NCBI GenBank assembly: GCA_049510745.1
Contig: JBEKYR010000006.1
Span: forward strand, 32,001 to 96,000
Direction: 5' to 3'
DNA: 64,000 bases
Source: Verrucomicrobiota bacterium
Lineage (GTDB): Bacteria > Verrucomicrobiota > Verrucomicrobiia > Limisphaerales > Palsa-1400
The notes under the pieces: generated by a model
Seen by the model: the letters and a program-made list of their open reading frames with translations, nothing else
The model's database searches: none
Told to the model about the DNA's origin: nothing
Position numbers and translations under genes: made by a program
Part shown: positions 36,851 through 45,672 of the stretch, one piece after another
Position numbering within the stretch: the first letter of the stretch is position 1
Layout of the letters: each line of letters starts with the position of its first letter

Positions 36851-38170
36851 ATGCCAAAATTCAACTATGTCGCCATGGACTCGAGGGGCAAGGAAACCAA
36901 GGGCACCCTCGAGGTTGCCAGCCAAAACGAAGCCATCGGGCGCATCAAGGAAATGGGCTTCTTCCCCACCAAAGTGGTCGAGGACAAGGGCGGTCCCGCC
37001 CCCGGCGCGGCCGCCAAGAAAGCCGCGGCCAAGGGCGCCAAAAAAGGCGGCATCGACCTGAATTTCCAGATCAAAATCCCCGGCCTTAGCGGCCGCGTCA
37101 AGTCGAAGGTCCTGACCACCTTCACCCGCCAACTGGCCACGCTGGTGCAAGCGGGGCTGCCGTTGTTGCGCGGCTTGCGGGTGTTGCAGAAGCAGGAGAG
37201 AAACGCCAATCTCAAGAGCATCCTGGGTGACTTGGCCACCGCCATCGAAGGGGGGAGCACCTTCTCGGAGGCCCTGGCCCAGCATCCCAAAGTCTTCAAC
37301 CGGCTCTTCGTCAACATGGTCAAGGCCGGCGAAATCGGCGGTGTGCTCGAAGTCGTCCTCAAGCGCCTCTCCGAGTTCATGGAAAAGGCGCAAAAGATCA
37401 AAGGCAAGATCGTCGCCGCCATGTTCTATCCCTGCGCCGTCATGTGCGTCGCCACCGCCATCATGGGCGTTTTGATGGTCGTCGTCATTCCGAAGTTTCG
37501 CGAAATCTTTGAAGGCACCCTCGGCAACGGACAGCAACTGCCCCCCTTCACCAGCTTCGTCCTGGGCGTCAGTGCCACCATCAAAGACCATTTCGGACGC
37601 ACCATGCTCTATCTCCTTGCCGCAGTCATAGCTTTTAACGTCGTCATTCGCACCAAGATAGGACACAAGCTCTGGGACAAATTCAAACTGACGGTGCCCG
37701 TCATCGGACCCGTCGTCAATAAAGTGGCCATCTCGCGCTTCACCCGCACCTTGGGCACCTTGGTCAGCAGCGGCGTGCCCATCCTGCAAGCCCTGACCAT
37801 CGTCAAGGAAACTTCCGGCAACGTCATCATCAGCAACGCCGTCGGCGCCGTCCACGAAAGCGTCAAAGAAGGCGAAACCATCACCGCTCCCTTGGAATCC
37901 GCCGGCATCTTTCCTCCCATGGTCGTCAGCATGGTCGATGTCGGCGAACAAACCGGCGCCTTGCCCGAAATGTTGATGAAGATTGCCGACAACTACGACG
38001 AAGAAGTCGATAACGCCGTCGCCGCCATGACTTCCCTGCTCGAACCGATCATGATCGTCTTTCTGGCGGTCGTGGTGGGCAGCATCGTTATCGCCATGTT
38101 CCTGCCGCTGATCCAACTGATGGAAACCGTCGGCGACGACCAGAAGCAAGGCGGCGGAGCCAAGGAGTAG
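36851..38170 (+). CDS. pilC: PilC/GspF inner-membrane platform protein
   Basis: FTRQLATLVQAGLPL, MVKAGEIGG, FTRTLGTLVSSGVPIL, VGEQTG and LLEP. Three TM segments. Confidence 0.95.
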   Translation: MPKFNYVAMDSRGKETKGTLEVASQNEAIGRIKEMGFFPTKVVEDKGGPAPGAAAKKAAAKGAKKGGIDLNFQIKIPGLSGRVKSKVLTTFTRQLATLVQAGLPLLRGLRVLQKQERNANLKSILGDLATAIEGGSTFSEALAQHPKVFNRLFVNMVKAGEIGGVLEVVLKRLSEFMEKAQKIKGKIVAAMFYPCAVMCVATAIMGVLMVVVIPKFREIFEGTLGNGQQLPPFTSFVLGVSATIKDHFGRTMLYLLAAVIAFNVVIRTKIGHKLWDKFKLTVPVIGPVVNKVAISRFTRTLGTLVSSGVPILQALTIVKETSGNVIISNAVGAVHESVKEGETITAPLESAGIFPPMVVSMVDVGEQTGALPEMLMKIADNYDEEVDNAVAAMTSLLEPIMIVFLAVVVGSIVIAMFLPLIQLMETVGDDQKQGGGAKE

Positions 38171-38289
38171 GAGGGACGCCTCCCGTCCGCCAGCGATCAG
38201 CCGGCCACCAACAGCCTGGCTTGTGCCGGCTGGGTTGCGGCATTTTGAATTGACACGGGGCGCGCCTCCGAAATAGAAGTGGCCCCCTT

Positions 38290-40668
38290 ATGGAATCATT
38301 CCGCCTGTTCCGGGGCCGGCATTTTCTCCTGAGCGTTCCGACGACAGTCGCCGTGTGCTTTGCCTCTGGCCGCCTTTTCGCCGCAAACGATGCTCCACCC
38401 GCTCCGCAGACTCCCCGGCCGGCAGAAACCTGGGACGGCGGCAAACTGCTCGAACAAACCAAGCGCCAGGCTGAGGAGGCCCTGGCGCGCGCGGACCTTT
38501 CCGCCTATCGAGGCTGGATTAAGTTCCTGCGTTTCGAGGCGGAAAGCGCCGTCGCAAGAACCGGCCCGGCCAGCGAGCTGTCGCGCACGAACCTTTCCCG
38601 TCTGGCCGACTGGCTGCAGCGCATCCAAGCCAACCCGGATATCCTCGGCACCCTGCGCGGGGTTCAGGAGTGGGCCTACGAATCACCCGCTGACGACAGT
38701 GGCCAGCCCTTCAGATTGAGTATTCCCACGGATTACGACCCGAAACGCCCAGCCGGGCTTTCGGTGGTTTTGCACGGGAACGGGGGGAACCACGTCGAAC
38801 AATCGGGGTGGATGCACCCGCATGAGGGAATGTTCGATCTTGCCGTGCTGGGCCGGGCGCGGGGCGGGGGCTATACGGCGTTGTCGGAGGCCGACGTTCT
38901 GCAAGCCATGAACTACGTTGAAAACCACTGGCGTGTGGATACGAACCGCATCCGGCTTTCCGGCGCCAGCATGGGTGGGGGTGGGATTTTGAACGTGGCG
39001 GCGCACCATCCGCATCTTTTCGCCTCCGCCCGGGTGGTGTGTGGTTACGCCATGTGGTCGGGCGAGGACGCCCTTCCGGTGGAGAATCTGCTGACCGTTC
39101 CGATCTACGCCATGCACAGCGCCGACGATTGGCTGGCGCCGATTCTTATTTCGCGCGCTCCCCTGGCGCGGTTGCGCGAACTGGGCGGACAGGTCATTTT
39201 CGATGAAACGAACGGTTTCGGGCATGGCGTTGGTGGAAACGCCGAAGGGAACAAGCGTGCCGATGCGTGGATCGAACACCAGGTGCGGCCGGATTCGAGG
39301 ACGGTGCGGCGGCTGAAATTCACCGCGCTATCCGGGACCGCCGCGCGGGACTGGTGGGCCGAAATCCTGGAATGGGGACCGGCCCCAAAACCGGCCCGTT
39401 TTTCACTCGTGGCCGGCGTCGAAAACACGCTCTACGCCGAACTCTCCAACATCACCCGGCTGCGGCTGCGGGTGGCGGAGTCGCCCTTTGACCGGGGACA
39501 GCCCTTGCGGGTCTCCGTCAATGGAGGCGTGGCGCTGGAAGTGCCAGCCCCGTTGCCTGAGAGCCTGGTGGTAGCCAGCACGCCGCGCGGCTGGCAGGCT
39601 GAAATGAAACCGGAGTTGCCGTCCTTCCGCCTGCATACTCCCGGAGGCCCGATGCTGCTGTACGACGGCTCGCCGTTGCTCATCGTGTATGGCACGGATG
39701 GCGACACCAATCTCTGCCAGGAGATGCGCCAAGCGGCCGAGGCGGCCGGCAAAAGCCCGAATCCGGGCTGGGCGTCCGAGGGCGCACCGGTCGGACCTGA
39801 GGCGGTGCCCAATGATCAGAATCTCTATGGACGGTTGAACGTGAAGGCTGATCGGGACGTGACCGATGCCGATATGCAAAAATGCCACTTGGTGCTCATC
39901 GGCACCGTGCAACAGAACAGCCTGGTGGCCCGCCTGGCGGGGCAGTTGCCTGTGCGATGGGCCGACGGCAAAATCTCATGCAGCGACGGATTGGAGTTGG
40001 GCGGCACCAATCAAGCGATCAGCCTGGTGCATTTCAATCCGTTGGCGCCCCAGCGTCTGCTTTATTGGGTGGCGTCGGATCTGGCCGCTTTTTACCACGG
40101 TGCCCGAGGGGCTTCCATCGTGACGGGCGCCGACTTGCTGGTCTTCGACTTGACGCAGGACAGGCTGGTCGTGGCCCGGAGCTTTGACAGCCGCTGGCAT
40201 TGGGACGCCAGCCGGGCAACCTCGCCCCTGGTTCCGGCCACGCTGCTCAGCCGGCACGAGGCCGATGTGGCCGTCGCCAGGGCGTTGCGGCGGGCAACCG
40301 GCGCGGATTTTGTGTTCGCGCGAATTGCCACGAACTTGTCTCCGACCTTTGTTTTGGGCACGACACGTCTTTCGGACGCCATTCCTTTTTGTTTTTACCA
40401 ACCCATTGGCCTGCTGGATATGTCGGGAACCGAATTGCTGGAAGCCGAACAGCGCCGGAAAGCGGACGCGAAGGAGGAGTGGCCCTGCCCGTTGTACCCG
40501 TCTCTGGACCCGGCGAAAATCGAGCCTGGGCGGCGCTACCGGGTGGCGGTTTCGGCCGATGACACCTGGTCTTTTGCCCACACGTTCAAAATCACCTCGT
40601 CTTCGTTTCGGATGACGGATCTGGAGGCCAGCGACGTTCTGGAACGTTTCCTCCTCTCGGACCAGTGA
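38290..40668 (+). CDS. Exported alpha/beta-hydrolase (esterase/peptidase-like) with long C-terminal extension
   Basis: VVLHG, nucleophile elbow GASMGG, HSADD and GH. The tail resembles a 5'-nucleotidase C-terminal domain. Confidence 0.8.
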   Translation: MESFRLFRGRHFLLSVPTTVAVCFASGRLFAANDAPPAPQTPRPAETWDGGKLLEQTKRQAEEALARADLSAYRGWIKFLRFEAESAVARTGPASELSRTNLSRLADWLQRIQANPDILGTLRGVQEWAYESPADDSGQPFRLSIPTDYDPKRPAGLSVVLHGNGGNHVEQSGWMHPHEGMFDLAVLGRARGGGYTALSEADVLQAMNYVENHWRVDTNRIRLSGASMGGGGILNVAAHHPHLFASARVVCGYAMWSGEDALPVENLLTVPIYAMHSADDWLAPILISRAPLARLRELGGQVIFDETNGFGHGVGGNAEGNKRADAWIEHQVRPDSRTVRRLKFTALSGTAARDWWAEILEWGPAPKPARFSLVAGVENTLYAELSNITRLRLRVAESPFDRGQPLRVSVNGGVALEVPAPLPESLVVASTPRGWQAEMKPELPSFRLHTPGGPMLLYDGSPLLIVYGTDGDTNLCQEMRQAAEAAGKSPNPGWASEGAPVGPEAVPNDQNLYGRLNVKADRDVTDADMQKCHLVLIGTVQQNSLVARLAGQLPVRWADGKISCSDGLELGGTNQAISLVHFNPLAPQRLLYWVASDLAAFYHGARGASIVTGADLLVFDLTQDRLVVARSFDSRWHWDASRATSPLVPATLLSRHEADVAVARALRRATGADFVFARIATNLSPTFVLGTTRLSDAIPFCFYQPIGLLDMSGTELLEAEQRRKADAKEEWPCPLYPSLDPAKIEPGRRYRVAVSADDTWSFAHTFKITSSSFRMTDLEASDVLERFLLSDQ

Positions 40669-40741
40669 GGTTGAGCTTGCAGGGGATTCCAATTTCCTTG
40701 GTCGTAAAGTTTCCAACGCGTATCGTGCCAGTGGATTCATC

Positions 40742-41311
40742 ATGACGACAGTTTCAATTCCATTGATCATCGCCTGTTGGATAATTTACATGGGCTATTG
40801 GGGCGTCAGCGCGCTCGGGGCAAAGCCGGCGGCGGAACGTCAAAGCTGGCTGTCCTCTCTGGCGTACCGGGGACCCCTCGGTCTGGGCGGCATGCTGCTT
40901 TGGTTCCCGCACTTGCCCTATCCGCTGAGCCTGGCCCTCACCCCGCATCCGAACTTTGTGCGAGCCGCCGGGGCCGCCGTTTGCGCGTTTGGATTGTTTG
41001 TGGCGATATGGTCGCGCCGGACCCTGGCCGGCAATTGGAGCAGCTCGGTCACGTTCAAGCAGGGACACGAACTTATTCAAGCCGGGCCGTACCGCTTCGC
41101 GCGGCATCCCATCTATACGGGCATTCTCCTGATGTGCTTGGGAACGGCCGTCGCGCGCGGACTGCTTCACTGCTGGGTCGGATTCCTGATCTTGTGCCTT
41201 GGCTTTTGGATCAAACTCAGCCAGGAAGAATCGCTCCTGCTGCGGCATTTCCCCGACGCGTATCCTTCGTACCAAACCCGGGTAAAGGCCCTCGTCCCTT
41301 TCGTCATCTAA
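40742..41311 (+). CDS. Isoprenylcysteine carboxyl methyltransferase (ICMT) family membrane protein
   Basis: LAGNWS, HELIQAGPYRFARHPIYTG and EE..L..HF...Y..Y..RV. Confidence 0.9.
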   Translation: MTTVSIPLIIACWIIYMGYWGVSALGAKPAAERQSWLSSLAYRGPLGLGGMLLWFPHLPYPLSLALTPHPNFVRAAGAAVCAFGLFVAIWSRRTLAGNWSSSVTFKQGHELIQAGPYRFARHPIYTGILLMCLGTAVARGLLHCWVGFLILCLGFWIKLSQEESLLLRHFPDAYPSYQTRVKALVPFVI

Positions 41312-41361
41312 TCCAATTCACGCGACGCGGATGCCGGCGCCGGCCGGGACTTCCTCCCGGT

Positions 41362-42258
41362 TTAACGAGGAAGGTTGTTCGTATTGCTCTGTGAATTCTG
41401 CCGGTTCATCACATCGTTTTGCAGCCACTCCCTGACCACGGCCATTTGGGGTTCGTTGAATTCGTGTCCGGTGTCTTTCAGGATGCGGCAGGACACATTG
41501 ACATTGAGCAGCTTCCAGGCGTCCTGCTGCAACTGGCTTTGCCGGATCTTTAATTCCCGCCCGAACTCCTCCTGGTCTCCGACGAGAATGAGAAACCGGC
41601 AATCCCGCGCCCAGCTTTTGTGCAGATCGGCCAGATGAAACATCCCGTGATCCACGAGACAGAAGTTGCGGAAATGGGTGAGGATGAACTCGTCGTGACT
41701 GGACACCAGGACGCCGATGGTGATCGCGCCGTTGGAGAAGCCGACCAAGGCGCTTTTCTCGCGGTCGATGTTGGGAACCCGCTCGAACAAACGGCCCAGC
41801 ATCACCCGATAGGCTTTGGAGAGGACCGCGTAATCCTCAAAACTGACGATCACCCCGCCGGCCGGCTCGCTCCGGTCGATGGACTTTTTGAACAAGGGCA
41901 GTGAGGCGGCAATCCAACCGCGCGGCCCGGCGATCGTCTCGGCGTTGGAGATGTTGCCTTTCGGCCCGCCATCGTTGCCGGGGACATAGACCAGCAGCGG
42001 ATAGGTATTCGTTGGAGTGTAATCATCGGGCAGGCGCACGGTCAAACAGGGGGTCTCGGTCGTCCCCTCCATCATCGCATGGAGAGTGAGGGGGAGATCC
42101 GCGTCGCCGAACTGGATTTCGCTTCTTTGTCCGGGTTGCCGCCATTGCGCGGGCACGTTGGTTTCGGCGGCCGGCGCAACGTCCGGCTTTGCCGCGCCGG
42201 CAACGACACAGCCGCAGAGAAGATGGGCGCAAAGTCTTGGGAACCGATTCCAATTCAT
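41362..42258 (-). CDS. Exported alpha/beta-hydrolase-fold protein
   Basis: RLPDDY.P...YPLLVY, GFSNG elbow and TGHEF. ATGA overlap with ccsA. Confidence 0.75.
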   Translation of the reverse strand: MNWNRFPRLCAHLLCGCVVAGAAKPDVAPAAETNVPAQWRQPGQRSEIQFGDADLPLTLHAMMEGTTETPCLTVRLPDDYTPTNTYPLLVYVPGNDGGPKGNISNAETIAGPRGWIAASLPLFKKSIDRSEPAGGVIVSFEDYAVLSKAYRVMLGRLFERVPNIDREKSALVGFSNGAITIGVLVSSHDEFILTHFRNFCLVDHGMFHLADLHKSWARDCRFLILVGDQEEFGRELKIRQSQLQQDAWKLLNVNVSCRILKDTGHEFNEPQMAVVREWLQNDVMNRQNSQSNTNNLPR

Positions 42259-44165
42259 ACATTTCCGTTGCTTGCCTGCCTCGCCACGGCAATCAAAACC
42301 GGCGCTGGCGACGGAGCGCCGGACTTGAAGCTGGCCCAGAAACGAGAGGGCAGAAACGCCAGGAGAATCAGCGCCGCCTGGCTGGCATCAAACACCATCA
42401 GCCAGAAAAAGGCCTTGTCCATGAAGCCATAGGAATGCAGACCAACCCCCAGCATGTTGACTCCGAACCAGGAAAAGCTCGTCACGATGTTGCCGAACAC
42501 GGCCATGGCCATCAAGCCGCGTTCCTTGATCAGGCCGCCCCAGCGAGCGTGCAGGATGATGGCGTTCCACAGAACGATCAACAAGGCGCCATTCTCCTTG
42601 GGGTCCCATCCCCAGAAGCGGCCCCACGATTGGTCGGCCCAGATTCCCCCCAAAATGGTTCCAGTGAAACTGGTCAGCGTGGCGAAACAAATAATCCCAT
42701 AGACCATCCGCGACAAGGCGCGGGCGGTTTCCGGCGAGAGCGAGCGGGTGAAGAAACCCCGCGCGATGTAGATCACGGCCAGCAAGCCGGCGACGAACAT
42801 TGAGGAATAGCCGATGGTGATGACCACCACGTGGGTGGACAGCCACAGATTGGTATCCAACACCGCGCGCAACATTTCCATCGTGTCGCCGCTCAAGGCC
42901 AGATGGTGCGCAATGATCAGGGTGACAAATCCGATCAGGCCGGATGAAACCAAGCCGATGCCGCCTTTGAAGATGCGCTCCAGAATCATGCCCAGCGCCA
43001 CCGCGCCCCAGCCAATGAAGATGGCCGATGAATACAGGTTGGTCACCGGTGGCCGGCCTTCCAGCCACATGCGCAATCCGAGGCCAACGGTATGAATGAT
43101 AAAAGCCAGCGCCAGGAGCGCGAACCCGGTCCGCCGCACCGGCTCCGACAGGTTGATCCAGAACGCGCAGCCGAGGATCACGGCCGCAATATAGATCACC
43201 ATGCTCTTGTAAAACGGCTCGATTTGATTGAAGAAATACTCCTCGCCGCCCTTCGCCACTTCGGAAGAAAGATTGTTCTCCCGCAGCCAGACCCGATACC
43301 CCGCCACCGCCCGGTTAAAGCCGGCCGGATTCCCCTGCTGGTAAGCGGTCGAAATGGCCGCGAGAAACTCAACGGCCGGATGCAGACCGCCGGAATTGGT
43401 CAGGCTGGATCCAACACTCGTCCACGAATTGCGAGGCGCTCCGGGCAGCGGCGGCACCGCCCTGACGTAGGCCAACTCACCCGCGCGCGCGTAGCGCCGA
43501 TGGAATCCTTCGAGCAGGTGCCTCTTGTCCGCGCCGGGAGAGTTTGTCTCTCCGGCTTTTTTCACCGCGTCGCCCGCCTCGGTCGCGGTTTGCTGAAAGA
43601 CCTCCAGCTCCTTTTGGAAATCATCGGCGCCGGCGGGACCGAGGTTGTGCTTGAGACGGTCGTAGAGCACAAGGCTCTCATACAAATGCATCAGGTCCTT
43701 CTGGAAAGGATCGCGCGTTTTATCGGCATCCTCTCCCCGGCCGCTTTCCGCCTCCTCAAGTTTGAGCACCTGTGTTTCGAGGTGATCGATTTGATTGCTC
43801 AGATCGTTGAGCGAGTAATAATGAAGCCCCTGCTTTTCCGTTCCGAGCAAACCTTGCAGGTCGGGATGTTGCACACGGAAAATCTTCCTTCCATCGGCCA
43901 GGGCGGGATGAGCCATGGTCTCCAGCAGCCATTGGGTGGCGGACAGGGAATGGCCGCCGGCCAGCCGCACGGTGGAACGCCCGCTGATACTGAGCAACGT
44001 GTTGCGCGCCACTGAATCGAAGGGCTGGATGCGTCCATTGAGAAGCACCGGCAACCGTCCGAAGGCGGCCACATCGAATCCATCCACACGCTTGGGGGAT
44101 TGCGCGCCGGAGAGGAACCAGAGCGCAAAACAGCCGGCAACGATCCAGGGGAACCACTTTCTCAT
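42255..44165 (-). CDS. ccsA: Cytochrome c biogenesis protein CcsA/ResC (system II) with large periplasmic N-terminal domain
   Basis: WWD domain GGIWADQSWGRFWGWDPKEN, GRPPVTNLY, WLSTHV and GLHSYG. Confidence 0.93.
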   Translation of the reverse strand: MRKWFPWIVAGCFALWFLSGAQSPKRVDGFDVAAFGRLPVLLNGRIQPFDSVARNTLLSISGRSTVRLAGGHSLSATQWLLETMAHPALADGRKIFRVQHPDLQGLLGTEKQGLHYYSLNDLSNQIDHLETQVLKLEEAESGRGEDADKTRDPFQKDLMHLYESLVLYDRLKHNLGPAGADDFQKELEVFQQTATEAGDAVKKAGETNSPGADKRHLLEGFHRRYARAGELAYVRAVPPLPGAPRNSWTSVGSSLTNSGGLHPAVEFLAAISTAYQQGNPAGFNRAVAGYRVWLRENNLSSEVAKGGEEYFFNQIEPFYKSMVIYIAAVILGCAFWINLSEPVRRTGFALLALAFIIHTVGLGLRMWLEGRPPVTNLYSSAIFIGWGAVALGMILERIFKGGIGLVSSGLIGFVTLIIAHHLALSGDTMEMLRAVLDTNLWLSTHVVVITIGYSSMFVAGLLAVIYIARGFFTRSLSPETARALSRMVYGIICFATLTSFTGTILGGIWADQSWGRFWGWDPKENGALLIVLWNAIILHARWGGLIKERGLMAMAVFGNIVTSFSWFGVNMLGVGLHSYGFMDKAFFWLMVFDASQAALILLAFLPSRFWASFKSGAPSPAPVLIAVARQASNGNV

Positions 44166-45448
44166 GCGTCACTCCTTGTAGCGGCGAGAACAGGCTCGCC
44201 AAAAGGTTCACGGCTCTCCACCGGCCCCCGCCTGGAAGCGGAGGTTCGCGCGCGTCTTCCGGCAAAGCCAGACAAGTGCATGAGGAATTGCATGACCAAA
44301 CCGGCGGCGATGAGCGTGCAGGCAACATAGGGCGTGAAGGCCGCCGGATTGCGAACCACCTGCAAAACAGATACCCGGTCTCCCGGCTCGAAGCTGGCCT
44401 GATAATAAGATTCACCGCCGTAGCGCAACGGACTGTTCATGCGAATCACCACATCGCGGTCTTCGCCGCGCGCCGGATCGCTCAGATGAATCCGGCTGGA
44501 AAAATTGCTGGGAATATCGGTGCCCGCATAGACATCGTGCTTAAACTCCAACAGCGTGAGGGTGTAAGGTTTGTAATAACGGACCGGCCGTAGCGCGATT
44601 TCGTAATTGTGTCCGCCATAACTGAATCCCTGCGGGCCATCAAGCGGAACCCCCAAGAGCGCCCCAAACTGTTCCTGTAATGCCGCAGACCACGGCCGCT
44701 TCGTCAGCCATGTCGAAACGGTCCACTCGCCGATCGATCCCTTGTCGGAAACGACCTCGATCAGCGCCGCCGGCTTGTTTTCGTCGTCCATCCGTGCCAC
44801 CGGGGGCGCGGCCGCAAAGAGCAAGCGCCGGCCGATTCCGTTGCCTGCCTTGAGCTTTTCGCCCGCGCCAGACATCGGACCCGCCGGCAAAGAGTTGGGC
44901 AGATACCGTTTGACCCGCACTGCAAGAGGCCATCCCGGAGGGCGGATGTCCCCGCCCTGTTCCAGGGCCGATTCCGGAATCGCGGCCACCTCGTCGCGGT
45001 CCGGATGGGTGACGTCAATGACGGCCAATTCATTGCGCCGGCTGTCTTCCGCGTAGTTTTTGGATTCGCCGACTTCAATCCGCAATTGGCTTTCAATCTG
45101 CAAAACGTCGGAGAGAAAAAAACCGGCCAATAAGAGAATCAGGCCCGCATGCACGAACAAAAGGCCGGCTTTGCGGCGCTGGAATTGAAAGCGTTTAATG
45201 TGAGCGGCCAGGAGATTGACCAGCAGGACCAGCCCAATCGACCAGCCGCCGGGGAAAACGGGAATCTTCCAATGGCTTCCGCTGGGCGTCCAAAACACGA
45301 AGAAACTGCGGAAGAATTCCAATTGCACCACGTAAAGCCCCAACCGGACTTGTGCCAGGGTGCCGGCGAAGACCAACACCAGCGCCAGGCTGAGGCACAC
45401 GATGGTGAGCCGCAGCGAACTGAAGAAATGGACGAAGCGATCAATCAT
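44162..45448 (-). CDS. resB: Cytochrome c biogenesis protein ResB/CcsB
   Basis: FFSSLRLTIVCL, TM His in VHAG, and IRMNSPLRYGGESYYQASF. Coupled to ccsA. Confidence 0.88.
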   Translation of the reverse strand: MIDRFVHFFSSLRLTIVCLSLALVLVFAGTLAQVRLGLYVVQLEFFRSFFVFWTPSGSHWKIPVFPGGWSIGLVLLVNLLAAHIKRFQFQRRKAGLLFVHAGLILLLAGFFLSDVLQIESQLRIEVGESKNYAEDSRRNELAVIDVTHPDRDEVAAIPESALEQGGDIRPPGWPLAVRVKRYLPNSLPAGPMSGAGEKLKAGNGIGRRLLFAAAPPVARMDDENKPAALIEVVSDKGSIGEWTVSTWLTKRPWSAALQEQFGALLGVPLDGPQGFSYGGHNYEIALRPVRYYKPYTLTLLEFKHDVYAGTDIPSNFSSRIHLSDPARGEDRDVVIRMNSPLRYGGESYYQASFEPGDRVSVLQVVRNPAAFTPYVACTLIAAGLVMQFLMHLSGFAGRRARTSASRRGPVESREPFGEPVLAATRSDA

Positions 45449-45672
45449 GGCTGGTGGCCGCCCGCGGCCCGGCAAAATGACATTCTGTTTTCACCATTGG
45501 ATTTGAATTGAATGCAATGACGGGCAGAAGGTAGCGCACGGCTTGAATCCCGCAAAAGCCGTTTCTTGGCATTGAACGAACATTTTTTGCTAAACCGCAG
45601 TTTCAGGAGGCGGATCGTTGTTCCTGGAGAATCACGCCGCCGCTGCTTTCGCAAGGAGAAGCGGGCGCCGCT

